Positions 1 to 14,164 of a DNA stretch of 64,000 bases are shown piece after piece. The stretch is from Eledone cirrhosa (taxonomy: Eukaryota), in contig OZ024749.1 in the NCBI GenBank assembly GCA_964016885.1, positions 32,364,001 through 32,428,000 of the forward strand, read 5' to 3'. The notes beneath the pieces were generated by a model that had not been told where the DNA came from, did not search any database, and was given only the letters and a program-made list of their open reading frames with translations. Each line of letters begins with the position of its first letter. The stretch's first letter is position 1. Position numbers and translations under genes: made by a program.

Positions 1-283
1 TTTAAGGTGACACTCAAATGTCTGCATCGTATGTGGCTCCCTGTTTGACCTTCATGGCAGTGCCGGTGTGATGGGACCAAACAGAGAGGTAGATGTGGGT
101 AAAATAGGACATACGTTAGACATAGAAGTAATATTAGCAAAAGAGTAGTTTTTGTAAAAGGAAAAGTGTTAATATGTGAAACTTTTATAAAATTACATAC
201 GTTAGTCTCGTCTGTTGCTGTTAGTTTAGAGAATAGAACGATATAAGTTTCTGTCTTTATAAGAAACTAACCACAAACATATA

Positions 284-478
284 TACGAGGGCAATCCCAA
301 AAGTAAGGCCTCCTTCCGATATTGCAACTTTCGATATTGCAACTTTTCCGTTAAAATCCTGTGGAGGGTGCTTCGGGAAACCTCAGGAACCAAAACGCAG
401 AGAGCATCCAGAGTGATCCGCCGATCTTTACGCATGTTTTCCTCGGAAGGAGACTTTACTTTTGGGATTGCCCTCGTA
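284..478 (-). mobile_element. Internally deleted mariner element (MITE-like) with both TIRs
   Basis: Left TIR TACGAGGGCAATCCCAAAAGTAAGGCCTCCTTCCGA and near-identical inverted copy ending at 478, flanked by TA. Interior translates on - as RKDRRITLDALCVLVPEVSRSTLHRILTEKLQYRK, resembling a mariner transposase HTH segment. Confidence 0.85.
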
Positions 479-480
479 TA

Positions 481-696
481 TAATAACTGCGCGAAATTCG
501 CACTTGGCGGTAGCGTTCAACGGGAGCTCCATTCTCAACGGCTGCTAAGCCAAGATTGAGCATCCCAGCGAAGCGCGCGCATGCTTGTTTGGGAGTGAAG
601 GAAACACCAATCACAACAGTGTTGCCAACAGCCGTAAGAACAGTCTCACTGCGTCCCCATCGCTTTGGAGACCTTATTTCTGCGATTACCCTCGTA
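481..696 (-). mobile_element. 5' end of a related mariner element (TIR, leader and transposase start)
   Basis: Diverged TIR TACGAGGGTAATCGCAGAAATAAGGTCTCC starting at 696 on -, then ATG and MELPLNATAKCEFRAVI (mariner N-terminus type), cut off at the 284-478 element. Confidence 0.75.
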
Positions 697-864
697 CATG
701 AGCTTGATTATATACTAATAGGCATATATACATATATACATATATACATATATACATACGTATATACAAATGTATGTAAATGTATATACATATATCCAGA
801 AAACACGTATATTGTACAAATAAACAGTCATATATCCGTTCAGTTGCACATACGTACGTATTAT

Positions 865-900
<36 letters not shown>

Positions 901-1014
901 CGACGACGTAGCCTGAGGCATTACAATAATGAACAGATGAACCAATACGGCTTCGTATTAGACCTATCATCCGGACCTAATGAACTTGTAGCTCTGTATT
1001 ATTTAGCAGTAATA

Positions 1015-1067
<53 letters not shown>

Positions 1068-1072
<5 letters not shown>

Positions 1073-1422
1073 GAGGTTATATTTAATTTGTTGGGATACA
1101 ACAAGCAAAATATTTTTATAACTGATATCAAGCACTCAACAAATTATTGGAGTAAATATACAATATATTAACAAATGGAAACTATATTTATAAAACCATA
1201 TTTATTTCATTATACATATTTCAAGGGCCACCAAGGCAAATAGGAGATTCCAACCAGAATGGTTGTATTTTTTAATGGTATGTCAATATTTATTCATAAA
1301 ACTAACCTATATTATATTTTATCTGATGAAAGCGCACCATAATTTGCCTTGGTGGCCCTAGAAATATGTATAATGAAATAAATATAGTTTTATAAATATA
1401 GTTTCCATTTGTTAATATATTG
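1068..1422. mobile_element. Fold-back PLE-type element with hammerhead motif
   Basis: Inverted arms 1161-1241 / 1342-1422 and unpaired extension 1068-1160 next to (TA)n. On +: CTGATGA 1323-1329, GAAA 1361-1364, stem I TATTTTAT/ATGAAATA. Confidence 0.7.
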
Positions 1423-1462
1423 CATGGCCTCAGCCGGATGGTTGAAACAGGTAAAAGAGTAA

Positions 1463-1536
<74 letters not shown>

Positions 1537-1869
1537 ATATGCTATGGTATGCTCCTGTAACTCTTGAGTCATTTATATGGCATTTTTAAACCTGACAGAG
1601 CTCATCTCATCTCCAGGTTTGAATGCTGCAGATTTCTCCAGAGAAGGATAGAGAGAATGAAAGAATGGAAGTGAAAAAGAGATATAGAGGACAAATCGAC
1701 CCTGGTATTTAACTGGTACTTTTTTTATCGACCACAATTGGAAGAAAGGCAAAGTTTACCTCGGTCGCGTTTGAACCCCGTGTACAGAGAGTCGGTATGA
1801 ATACCGCAAAATATTCTATCTGACATTTTAACAATTCTGCCAATTCACCGCCATGTCTATGGGTATATA

Positions 1870-2156
1870 TAGGGGTCAAGTTTACCTTTAAAATGTGAGG
1901 AGTCAAACCAACATTTGTTGATTCTTAAAGAAGCATGTTAGTATTACTTATGGTCCCTTTTCCGGACCCTATCAGATAAGTAAAAGTTTACGTTAATTAA
2001 ATTTTATATATTCAAATGAAGTTCAGATACAAAAAAAAAATGTAAGCTGAAAAAGAATTTATCATATCAAATAAAATAAACAAAAAATAAAACATAGACA
2101 TTTGAAAAGGTGGGGGGGGGGCTTGTCCCGTGGTACCCCCTAAAACAAGGCCCTTG
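1870..2156. mobile_element. hAT-type MITE
   Basis: Perfect 8-bp target duplication GGTATATA (1862-1869, 2157-2164), imperfect TIRs, second copy at 54757-55040. Confidence 0.8.
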
Positions 2157-2370
2157 GGTATATATATACTATTTCTGATGACAGACAGTAAAGTGGATGT
2201 GGTTTTTCGAGGTTAATGGTATGGTGTCGTTGGTATGATGTCGTACAATTGCCGTTGGCTGATCTGCACAACCATAATTTTGTTCTCCGAAACGATCGTA
2301 AAACAATGGATTAATTAACTTCTTCGATTTGTCTTATTTTTTCATTATTTAACGCACACACACACACAAA

Positions 2371-2426
<56 letters not shown>

Positions 2427-2478
2427 CTATAAGGATAAGGAACAAGGATTCAGTGTTGCATGATAACATATTTAATAA

Positions 2479-2568
2479 CATATTACATATGTTTCACTAT
2501 CGATCAGCTCGAGGCAGGACATACTATAAATCGAACCTGACACTGTAATCAAAAGGTCGTCAGATATG
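2479..2568 (-). ncRNA. Hammerhead ribozyme-like motif with extended stem II
   Basis: On -: CATAT-CTGACGA...GAAAC-ATAT-GTA-ATATG (stem I CATAT/ATATG, GUA site). Insert shares TCAGGTTCGAT and CCTCGAGCTG with the 39.1 kb element. Confidence 0.6.
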
Positions 2569-2682
2569 CTTAGTATAAACTACATATAAACCCAAATTAT
2601 ATATATATATATATATACATAATAAAGAAAGAAGAAACATTAGACATAATTAATAAGATAAACCATACCTAAATTACGTCAT

Positions 2683-2779
2683 TATCCTCGACTACGTAGT
2701 TTCGTGGCTTATTATGCAAAAACACTACATCACAGAGATGTAGTAATTTTGTGAAGTTTGCCGACTTATCAAGAGGATA
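2683..2779 (-). ncRNA. Type-I hammerhead ribozyme, UUGAUAA core
   Basis: On -: TATCCTC-TTGATAA-GTCGGC...GCCAC-GAAAC-TACGTA-GTC-GAGGATA. 7-bp stem I, palindromic loop III, GUC site. Homologue at 23753-23842. Confidence 0.75.
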
Positions 2780-2912
2780 CCTCATTTAGAGTTTCAAAAC
2801 ACGTCCGTAGAATGTGTATATATATATGTGTGAGTGTGTGTATATATGTATGTATGTATGTATGTATATGTGTGTGTGTGTATATATATATATATGTATG
2901 TATATATATATA

Positions 2913-2971
<59 letters not shown>

Positions 2972-3034
2972 GTGTATGTATATATTTGTGTGCATGTGAG
3001 TGTGTATATATATATACATGTGTGTGTGTGTGTG

Positions 3035-3106
<72 letters not shown>

Positions 3107-3333
3107 TATGTATGTATGTATGTTTCTTTATAATGTATTATATTGAATCAATCTAATCCATTCGGATTATTTTGTCCCGATTATTCATAGAACAACGGTT
3201 AAGGTTGGTACCACACAAATTCAGGGATATATGTGGCTATATTCATGTATATGTATGTATTAACATGTGTCTGTGTATTTTTTTATATTGTGTATATATA
3301 TATATACATGTATATATATATATACATGTATGT

Positions 3334-3390
<57 letters not shown>

Positions 3391-3611
3391 CATATATATA
3401 TACATATATATATATATATACATATATATACATATATATATACATATATATACATATATATATATACATATATATATACATTATATATATATATACATAT
3501 ATACATATATATATACATTATATTTATATATATATATATATATATACATATATACATATATATATATACATATATATATATATACATATATATATATACA
3601 TATATATATAC

Positions 3612-3692
<81 letters not shown>

Positions 3693-3719
3693 CATATATA
3701 TATATACATATATATATAC

Positions 3720-3802
<83 letters not shown>

Positions 3803-4124
3803 CACACATATATATATATATATATATACATATATGCACATACATACATAATGTATGTATATATATACATACATACATCTATATATACGTACATCTGTAT
3901 ATACGTACTCACATATATATACTCATAGAAACATACATATATATATATGGCACAGGACGTTCAACTGCCAAACATACAAACATCCAATCAGAATATAAAT
4001 GCTAATTAATGAAGGAAATAATCATTTTTATTTTTTATTTAATTAAAAACCCGTCTATTAATGTGAATGTCTTATGCTGCATGATTAGATAGATACACAC
4101 ATACACACAAACACACACATACAG

Positions 4125-4234
<110 letters not shown>

Positions 4235-4309
4235 ATATGTATGAATATATATATGTGTGTATATATATATATATGTATGTATATATATGTGTGTATGTGA
4301 GTGTGTGTG

Positions 4310-4434
<125 letters not shown>

Positions 4435-4548
4435 ATATATATATATATATATATACATATATATGTATATATATATACATATATATGTATGTATGTATAT
4501 ATATATATGTATCTATATAAGCTTCACATATATATATGTATATATAAA

Positions 4549-4901
<353 letters not shown>

Positions 4902-4911
4902 CGTATGTATA

Positions 4912-5345
4912 TATATAAGAACAAAAGATGGTTAAAAGAGTTCCATGTATTTTATTATGCGCATTTCAAAAACAAATATCATCATGCAATAATATTTGTG
5001 TTTTCATCAGATAAAACATGAAGACATGATATGAAGGTTAAAAAACACTTGTGGATAGTTCAGTTTTAAATCAACATATGATATCATATGTTGATTTAAA
5101 ACTGAACTATCCACAAGTGTTTTTTAACCTTCATATCATGTCTTCATGTTTTATCTGATGAAAACACAAATATTATTGCATGATGATATTTGTTTTTGAA
5201 ATGCGCATAATAAAATACATGGAACTCTTTTAACCATCTTTTGTTCTTATATATTATGTATACTCCAGTCCTACAAACTGTAGAGTGCTTATTATCCGAT
5301 ATCTGCATTGCTTTATTGTACTACAATAAAACTCACCTCCTACAT
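4912..5345. mobile_element. Fold-back hammerhead element, family A
   Basis: Loop-less palindrome centred at 5082/5083 (about 4912-5252), ~90-nt unpaired extension to 5345, (TA)n on both sides. Hammerhead on + at 5147-5217 (CTGATGA 5155, GAAA 5198, AUA site). Confidence 0.85.
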
Positions 5346-5487
5346 TATATATGTATGTATATATATATATATGAGTATGTATATATATATATAAGTATGT
5401 ATATATATATATAAGTATGTATATATATAAGTATGTATATATATATAAGTATGTATATATATATGTTTGTGTGTATATATATATGTA

Positions 5488-5536
<49 letters not shown>

Positions 5537-5575
5537 ATATATATATATGTATATATGTAAATATATATATATAAG

Positions 5576-5697
<122 letters not shown>

Positions 5698-5704
5698 TAT
5701 ATAT

Positions 5705-7104
5705 CAGTAAGTTCATGGAGCGAATCATCAGAAAGAAACTGATCACTTTCGAGGAAAATGACCGCCTGACTAACACATAGCATGGCTTCCGCCCAGGAAG
5801 AAGCGGCTACATCACAACGACTGGGTACTGAAACAACTACTAGACAGCGCACATGTGGACGTGATATATCTTGACTTTGCGAAGGCCTTTGACAAGATCG
5901 ACCACAGAATGATATGTCACAAACTACACGGACTCGGCATAACTGGAAAAGTAGGTGAGTGGCTGCATGACTTCTTAAAGGACAGAAGCCAGCCAGTCGC
6001 AGCAAACCGGGCCCTCTCAAAGGAAACATCAATAACAAGTGGGGTGCCCCAAGGCACAGTCCTGGGACCACCATTGTTTTTAGTGGCTCTCTCAGACATG
6101 CTCTCTGTAGTACATACAACATCTCTCACTAGCTATGCTGATGACACTAAGGTAGCACAGGCAATCAAAAACCCGGCTGACGCTGCCCTTTTACAACAAG
6201 ATCTTGATGCCATATACAACTGGGTGGAAGACAACAACATGCAATTTAATGCTGGCAAATTCCAAGCTCTACAATACAAACCTGAAAACACAAATACAGT
6301 ACAACACAGTTACGCTGGACCAGGAGGGACCGATATCCCCGTGGCGAAATCGATACGAGACCTGGGTATAAACATGAGCGATCATGCATCTTTTTCCTCA
6401 CACATCATGAAAGTGGCGACAATGTGCAGACGACTCGCTGGCTGGATCTTGAGGACTTTCCGGACAAGAGACCGAGACACCATGTTGACACTATGGAGGA
6501 CATTTGTCCTAAGCCGCCTGGACTACTGCTCCCAGTTGTGGTTACTCCATAGTGTCAAACTAACCACGGAGCTTGAGGCAATCCAGCGAAGCCACACCAA
6601 GAGGATTGCGACGATGAAGGAGATAAGCTACTGAGAGGGGCTAAAGGAACTGAACCTCTACTCCTTGGAACGAAGACGGGGAGATACGTAGTGATCTACA
6701 TGTGGAAAATCCTGGAAGGTCTAGCACCACACTTTTGCATTGGGAGCTGGGCCAACCGTCGAATAGGACGTCACTGTATGGTGCCAAAGGTCACGTCTTC
6801 CACATCTAAAATAAGGAGCCGATATTGCAATAGCCTGGGGTTCAAGGGCCCTCAACTCTTCAGCAAGCTGCCGAGAGATCTGCATGGTGTGGAGGTGGAT
6901 GTCTTCAAGAAATATCTCGACACCTTGCTATCCAGGATCGCGGATGAGCCCACAGCAAGGCATGAGGGAAACATAAGGGCAGCAAGAACGAACTCCCTCT
7001 TGCACCAGTGGCCAACCAATACAGGCTGGAGATAAAATGTGTAGCAACAAGGGCGATGCCCCAGCATGGCCTCAGCCGGATGGCTGGAACAGGTAAAAGA
7101 GTAA
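5705..7104 (+). mobile_element. 5'-truncated CR1-clade LINE, RT pseudogene
   Basis: Motifs [38 protein letters not shown]. Stops and frameshifts near 5780 and 6632-6690. 3' tail ends ...CAGGTAAAAGAGTAA. Confidence 0.9.
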
Positions 7105-7210
7105 TTATATATGTGTGTGTGTGTGTGTGTGTGAACATATAAGTATATACGAAGTATTTCAGTAGAAAGGGTAAAGGAAGGGAGAGTGCTCTATGTATGC
7201 TACAGAGCTA

Positions 7211-7300
<90 letters not shown>

Positions 7301-7310
7301 TATATATATA

Positions 7311-7445
<135 letters not shown>

Positions 7446-7794
7446 GACAATATGTGTCTATTGTTACATGTACGTTTATACGTGTTTATAAAATAGGCCA
7501 TGTTTGTCGTTGTTTTGTTTGTTTTGGTTTTTGCTATTTACTCAGTTATTTTCTTTTCATTTTATTTGTTGTTTATATATGTTGTTTGTTTATCTAATTA
7601 ATGATGCAATAACTAAAAACATCGGTAAAAAAAATTCAAATTTCAGAGATTTCATATTTGAAATTAGAATAAAAATTAGTTTTAGATTGATAGGTGATAT
7701 CTGCTGCCGTGGAGATCGGCTGATACTATGACTGTAGTCCTCCAATCTACACTGGTCTGCCATTAAGCCTTTTGATACCAAACCGCATGAAATC

Positions 7795-8205
7795 GTTCTT
7801 GGCTTTATAATACTAAACTTTATTTAAATGTGTTTTCATTTATCTAAAAACCCTCCATTATAATTTTGTGTAAGAAATCCTGTTCCATACTCCTCTGGTT
7901 TATGATACAAAATTTTATATTTTAAAGTGTTTATATTAATCTATAAATCTTCCATCATAGATTTATGTAAACATCTCTGTTAAGTTATGTTCCATACTCC
8001 TCTGGTTTTATAATACAAAATTGCTGATGTTAAAGTATTTATATTTATCTAAAATACTTCCATTATGGTTTTATGTAAGAACCTCTGTTATGTTATGTTC
8101 CAAAGAGCTCTGGTTTTATGATTTAAAACTGTTTATTTAAAAGTTTTTTTTATTTATCTAAAGATCTTTTATGTAAGGAACTTTGTTAAGTTATGTTCCA
8201 AATAC
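7795..8205. repeat. Degenerate ~106-bp tandem repeat, about 4 copies
   Basis: TGTTCCA...CTCTGGTTT recurs near 7881, 7988 and 8096, with a partial copy near 8194. Confidence 0.65.
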
Positions 8206-8506
8206 CAACTCAACAATGGTTTCTGATTCAAGTACATGGCCAGTATATTTTGCGGAGGAAACACAAAGTTGATTAAATCAAACCTAGTACTTGACTGCTA
8301 CTTTATTTTCTCGACTCCCGAAAGATATTATACCAATTGAATAATGAGAAAGTTGGTTACATTACTAAGTCACTCAAAATTCTAAATGATGGGAAAATTG
8401 CAGTCAGTGTCTTTCATTAGAAACATATTAAGGAGATGGTTATATTTTTATGAAATACGCAAATTCGGATATTCGAGATCTAACTGTCTATTCCTTGTGT
8501 ATGTAC

Positions 8507-8540
<34 letters not shown>

Positions 8541-8543
<3 letters not shown>

Positions 8544-11202
8544 GGAGGTGAGTTTTATTGTAGTACAATAAAGCAATGCAGATATCGGATAAGAAGCACT
8601 CTACAGTTTGTGGGACTGGAGTATGCATAATATAAGATCAAAAGATGGTTAAAGGAGTTCAATATATTTTATTATGCGCATTTCAAAAACAAACATCATC
8701 AAACAATAATATTTGTGTTTTCATCAGATAAAACAGAACATGATATGAAGGCTAAAAAAACACTTGTTGATAGTGCAGTTTTAAATCAACATATGAAAAG
8801 TGGTTTTAGATTGATGTGTGATATTGGGAAAAATATTTTATTTAGAGAGGGGGGGAGAGAAAAGGATGAAAAGGGAAGGAGATGAGAGGGAGAGATGGGT
8901 GATAGAGAGAAAGAGATAGTTTTTATAACAGAGAGGAGATATATTTTATATAGAGGGGTTGAAAACCGTTGGAAGATACTGTATAAATTAAAAATTTTGA
9001 AAATTAACGAAGGGAGGATATGTGCGAGGAAAAAATATATTATATTTAGGGAGGGGTGGGGGTGGAAAGGATGAAAAAAAGGGGAGGAGATGAGAGTGAA
9101 GGTGGAAAGGGAGAGATGGGTGATAGAGAGAAAGAGATAGTTTTTATAACTGAGAAAAAGATATAATGTTTTAATATAGAGAGGTTGGGAACCGTTGGAA
9201 GATAATGTATAAATTAAAGGAATTTGAAAATTAACGAAGGGAAATTATGTATGGAGATAGAGAGAAAAAAATAACGAAGGGAGATTATGTATGGAGATAG
9301 AGAGAAAAAAAAATAATAATTGTGGGTGAATATTCAAAAGGAGAAATGTAGGAATTTTAAAATTAGCAAAGAGAAAAAGTTTATGTATAGGATTTGAGAA
9401 AAATAATGTGAAGTTAAAGTTTTTATATTGAATTCATATGTATTAATAATGAGTTCGTTGATGGGGAGAAAAAAATAATAATAAATTAAGGATGAAATTG
9501 AGATTAAAAAGATTTATGATAGAGAGAAAAAATAATAATGATTGCGGATGAATACTCAAAATGTCAAAAACAAATGTTATTGTTTTACGAGGAGATATAA
9601 TGAGGGTGATGAGTAAACGGGTATTATAGAGTGTATAATGCCCTTTAAAGTAAGGTAGATGGGTATATTTTAAAGAATATATGAGTATATATTAAAAAAA
9701 ATATATAATAATAAATTAAGGATGAAATTGAGATTAAAAAGATTTATGATAGAGGGAAAAAAAATAATAATGATTGCGGATGAATATTCAAAATGTCAAA
9801 AACAAATGTTATTGTTTTACGAGAAGATAGGATGAGGTAAATGAGTAAACGAGTACTATAGAGTGTATAATACCCTTTAAAGTAAGGTAGATGGGTATAT
9901 TTTAAAGGCACATATACATACACCTCTTTAAAATATACCCATCTACCTTACTTTAAAGGGTATTATACACTCTATAGTACTCGTTTACTCATTTACCTCA
10001 TCCTATCTTCTCGTAAAACAATAACATTTGTTTTTGACATTTTGAATATTCATCCGCAATCATTATTATTTTTTTTCCCTCTATCATAAATCTTTTTAAT
10101 CTCAATTTCATCCTTAATTTATTATTATATATTTTTTTTAATATATACTCATATATTCTTTAAAATATACCCATCTACCTTACTTTAAAGGGCATTATAC
10201 ACTCTATAATACCCGTTTACTCATCACCCTCATTATATCTCCTCGTAAAACAATAACATTTGTTTTTGACATTTTGAGTATTCATCCGCAATCATTATTA
10301 TTTTTTCTCTCTATCATAAATCTTTTTAATCTCAATTTCATCCTTAATTTATTATTATTTTTTTCTCCCCATCAACGAACTCATTATTAATACATATGAA
10401 TTCAATATAAAAACTTTAACTTCACATTATTTTTCTCAAATCCTATACATAAACTTTTTCTCTTTGCTAATTTTAAAATTCCTACATTTCTCCTTTTGAA
10501 TATTCACCCACAATTATTATTTTTTTTTCTCTCTATCTCCATACATAATCTCCCTTCGTTATTTTTTTCTCTCTATCTCCATACATAATTTCCCTTCGTT
10601 AATTTTCAAATTCCTTTAATTTATACATTATCTTCCAACGGTTCCCAACCTCTCTATATTAAAACATTATATCTTTTTCTCAGTTATAAAAACTATCTCT
10701 TTCTCTCTATCACCCATCTCTCCCTTTCCACCTTCACTCTCATCTCCTCCCCTTTTTTTCATCCTTTCCACCCCCACCCCTCCCTAAATATAATATATTT
10801 TTTCCTCGCACATATCCTCCCTTCGTTAATTTTCAAAATTTTTAATTTATACAGTATCTTCCAACGGTTTTCAACCCCTCTATATAAAATATATCTCCTC
10901 TCTGTTATAAAAACTATCTCTTTCTCTCTATCACCCATCTCTCCCTCTCATCTCCTTCCCTTTTCATCCTTTTCTCTCCCCCCCTCTCTAAATAAAATAT
11001 TTTTCCCAATATCACACATCAATCTAAAACCACTTTTCATATGTTGATTTAAAACTGCACTATCAACAAGTGTTTTTTTTAGCCTTCATATCATGTTCTC
11101 CTGTTTTATCTGATGAAAACACAAATATTATTGTTTGATGATGTTTGTTTTTGAAATGCGCATAATAAAATATATTGAACTCCTTTAACCATCTTTTGAT
11201 CT

Positions 11203-11210
<8 letters not shown>
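8541..11210. mobile_element. Giant fold-back family A element, ~1.28-kb arms
   Basis: Arms 8627-9907 / 9926-11210, 18-nt spacer, extension 8541-8626, (TA)n flanks. Hammerhead on + (CTGATGA 11110, GAAA 11153) and mirrored on -. Each arm has internal ~200-235-bp duplications. Confidence 0.9.
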
Positions 11211-11285
<75 letters not shown>

Positions 11286-11426
11286 TGTATATATGATAAT
11301 AATGGAGCTGCGGCGCTGCAAATGGGTTACATATGAAAAAGTTTGTCCTCATCAGTGGCCTTCCAACCGTCGTAAAAGCGACGAAATGCCTACGACGGTT
11401 GGAAGGCCACTGATGAGGACAAACTT

Positions 11427-11459
<33 letters not shown>

Positions 11460-11462
<3 letters not shown>

Positions 11463-11822
11463 AGGAAGTTATAGTTCACTTGAAGCATTGTGTAATGAGG
11501 TATAAATGTTTGTATTTGTAAAGCCAAAACAATGCAGGTATGGATATAGAATATAAATGCAAATGCAAAAGATATTGTTGACAATTAGTCTTTTACCTTA
11601 AATTTATTTAAATATCCTTAATTTTCGAGATAATCGAGACTTGGCAAGCTATTTAGAACGCTGGTTTAACCACTTTACTTCCCTCCGAAGAAAAGATATC
11701 TCGAAAATTAAGTATATTTAAATAAATTTAAAGTAAAAGACTAATTGTCAACAATACCTTTTGCATTTGCATTTATATTCTATATCCATACCTGCATTGT
11801 TTTGGCTTTACAAATACAAACG
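11460..11822. mobile_element. Fold-back element between (TA)n runs
   Basis: Arms about 11508-11632 / 11697-11820. Diverged relative at about 45292-45550 has a CCGAAGA...GAAA hammerhead-like core. Confidence 0.7.
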
Positions 11823-11828
11823 TGTATA

Positions 11829-11874
<46 letters not shown>

Positions 11875-11887
11875 TTATATATATATA

Positions 11888-12089
11888 ACAAAGAGGGTGT
11901 GGTAAGATACCAGGTTGACCCTAACCCTAATGCACAGAGTACTCAATACTTAGGGTAGTAGAGTGGGTAATAGGAAAAGAATCAGGACTCCGACAGCTGA
12001 GCTCCAGCCGTTTCGACAGCTAGATCCGAATAGTTCGGATCTAGCTGTCGAAACGGTCGGAGCTTAGCTGTCGGAGTCCTGATTCTTTT

Positions 12090-12090
<1 letters not shown>
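11888..12090. mobile_element. Fold-back element, family B
   Basis: Hairpin about 11975-12090 plus extension. Homologues at 26874-26981, 33853-34004, 39303-39420, 60213-60415 and 63638-63830, all between TA-rich runs. Confidence 0.8.
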
Positions 12091-12147
<57 letters not shown>

Positions 12148-12338
12148 GGTCTCTGTCGAAACTGTTGATTTCAATCATCTGGAAACCATAGAATGCGTAT
12201 ATAAAAATATAAAATGAGTAATATTTCATTTTAATAGTTCAAACGTGCCCCGAACTTGTATGAAATAGTTTGCTGATAGCTTACTTCTACTTTGCAATGC
12301 AAATACTATTTGTTGCAAGTATCAAATATATGCCTTAC

Positions 12339-12366
12339 CTTCAAGTTTATCCAGATCGTAACATGG
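12339..12366 (-). CDS. Probable 28-nt coding micro-exon (PCYDLDKLE+G)
   Basis: On -: polypyrimidine TTTTTTTTGTCTTTTACAG acceptor and GTAAGG donor. Open in the phase-0 frame handed on by the 14165 exon. Confidence 0.55.
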
Positions 12367-12453
12367 CTGTAAAAGACAAAAAAAAAACATAAGAAATGTT
12401 TCATTAACAAAATACCTCAAATATTTGTTAAACTATTTTTCTATTCTCTTACT

Positions 12454-13200
12454 GGAGGTGTGTGGCCTAGGGGTAAGGGTGTTGGACTTACGATGATAAT
12501 GTCGTGTGGCCTAGTGGTAAGGGTGTTGGACTTACGATGATAATGTCGTGTGGCCTAGTGGTAAGGGTGTTGGACTTACGATGATAATGTCGTGTGGCCT
12601 AGTGGTAAGGGTGTTGGTCTTACGATGATAATGTCGTGTGGTCCAGCGGTAAGGGTGTTGGTCTTACGATGATAATGTCGTGTGGCCTAGTGGTAAGGGT
12701 GTTGGACTTACGATGATAATGTCGTGTGGTCCAGCGGTAAGGGTGTTGGACTTACGATGATAATGTCGTGTGGCCTAGTGGTAAGGGTGTTGGTCTTACG
12801 ATGATAATGTCGTGTGGTCCAGCGGTAAGGGTGTTGGTCTTACGATGATAATGTCGTGTGGCCTAGTGGTAAGGGTGTTGGTCTTACGATGATAATGTCG
12901 TGTGGTCCAGCGGTAAGGGTGTTGGTCTTACGATCATAATGTCATGTGGTCCAGCGGTAAGGGTGTTAGCCTTACGATCATAATGTCATGGGTTCGATTC
13001 CTAGGCTGGCTGGGTTGCGTGTTGTATTCTTCAGGAGAACACTTCATGTCACGTTGCTCCAGTATACTCAGCTGAAAATGAGTATCATCATCATTAGCTG
13101 GGAGTTTAACCCTGCAATAGACTGGCGTCATGTCCAGGGGTAGTCATGTACTGTCAGTCACTTCACGCCATGAAACCGGGATAAGCACCGTCCTAACGAG
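12454..13200 (+). mobile_element. tRNA-derived SINE with 12x tandem-amplified 44-bp head
   Basis: 44-bp units from 12460 to 12987, each with an A-box-like TGGCCTAGTGG or TGGTCCAGCGG, then one B-box GGTTCGATTCC at 12991 and the SINE body. Confidence 0.85.
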
Positions 13201-13936
13201 CATTCTGGCTTACGACAGACAGGCTTACTGGATTCAATTACTTCAGCGAGGCCATGCTACAGCACCGCTTTTAGAGGTTTAGTCGATCATATCTTTCTCT
13301 GTATTTATTGTTATAGATTCTGGTACATATTCCATCGATCTCTCTTAACTTATTGAACCGATAACTTACGGCATTTAAATAAAGAGCGTCAATTGTTATG
13401 TGGTTTCAATATAGACACTCACACAAATATATATATATATATATGTACATATATTTGCAAACACAAATATACATATATATATGTATATATATATATTTAC
13501 ATACACAGATACATACATACATACATACATACATGCATACATACATACATATATATATATATACACACATATATATACATATATACATATATATATACAT
13601 ATATACATATATAACATATATATAACATATATATACATATATATAACATATATATACATATATATATAACATATATATACATAACATATATATAACATAT
13701 ATATACATATATATATATATACATATACATACATATATATACATATATATACACATATATACACATATATACATATATATACATATATATATACATATAT
13801 ATACATATATATACATATATATATACATATATATATACATATATATACATATACATATATATATACATATATATATATATATACATATATATATACATAT
13901 ATATATACATATATATATATACATATATATACATAT

Positions 13937-14006
<70 letters not shown>

Positions 14007-14164
14007 TGTTATACTTTGGAAGAATCATGTTGTAGCTGAAGGAGTATGATCAACCTCAATAAAAGTCGTTTGTGGCGTCCCACAAAGTAATATCTTACGT
14101 CCACATCTTTTTATTATTCACATCAATAACATCAGAGACGTCTTATTTTAGGTTCCACTCTTAC

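Noticed and set aside
11331-11434. Small hairpin containing CTGATGAGGAC as a hammerhead
   Set aside because: The hairpin is real, but no GAAA, stem III or cleavage triplet follows on either strand.
12460-12987. CRISPR-like or tRNA-gene array
   Set aside because: Units are contiguous with no unique spacers and contain only a tRNA 5' half; context is eukaryotic.
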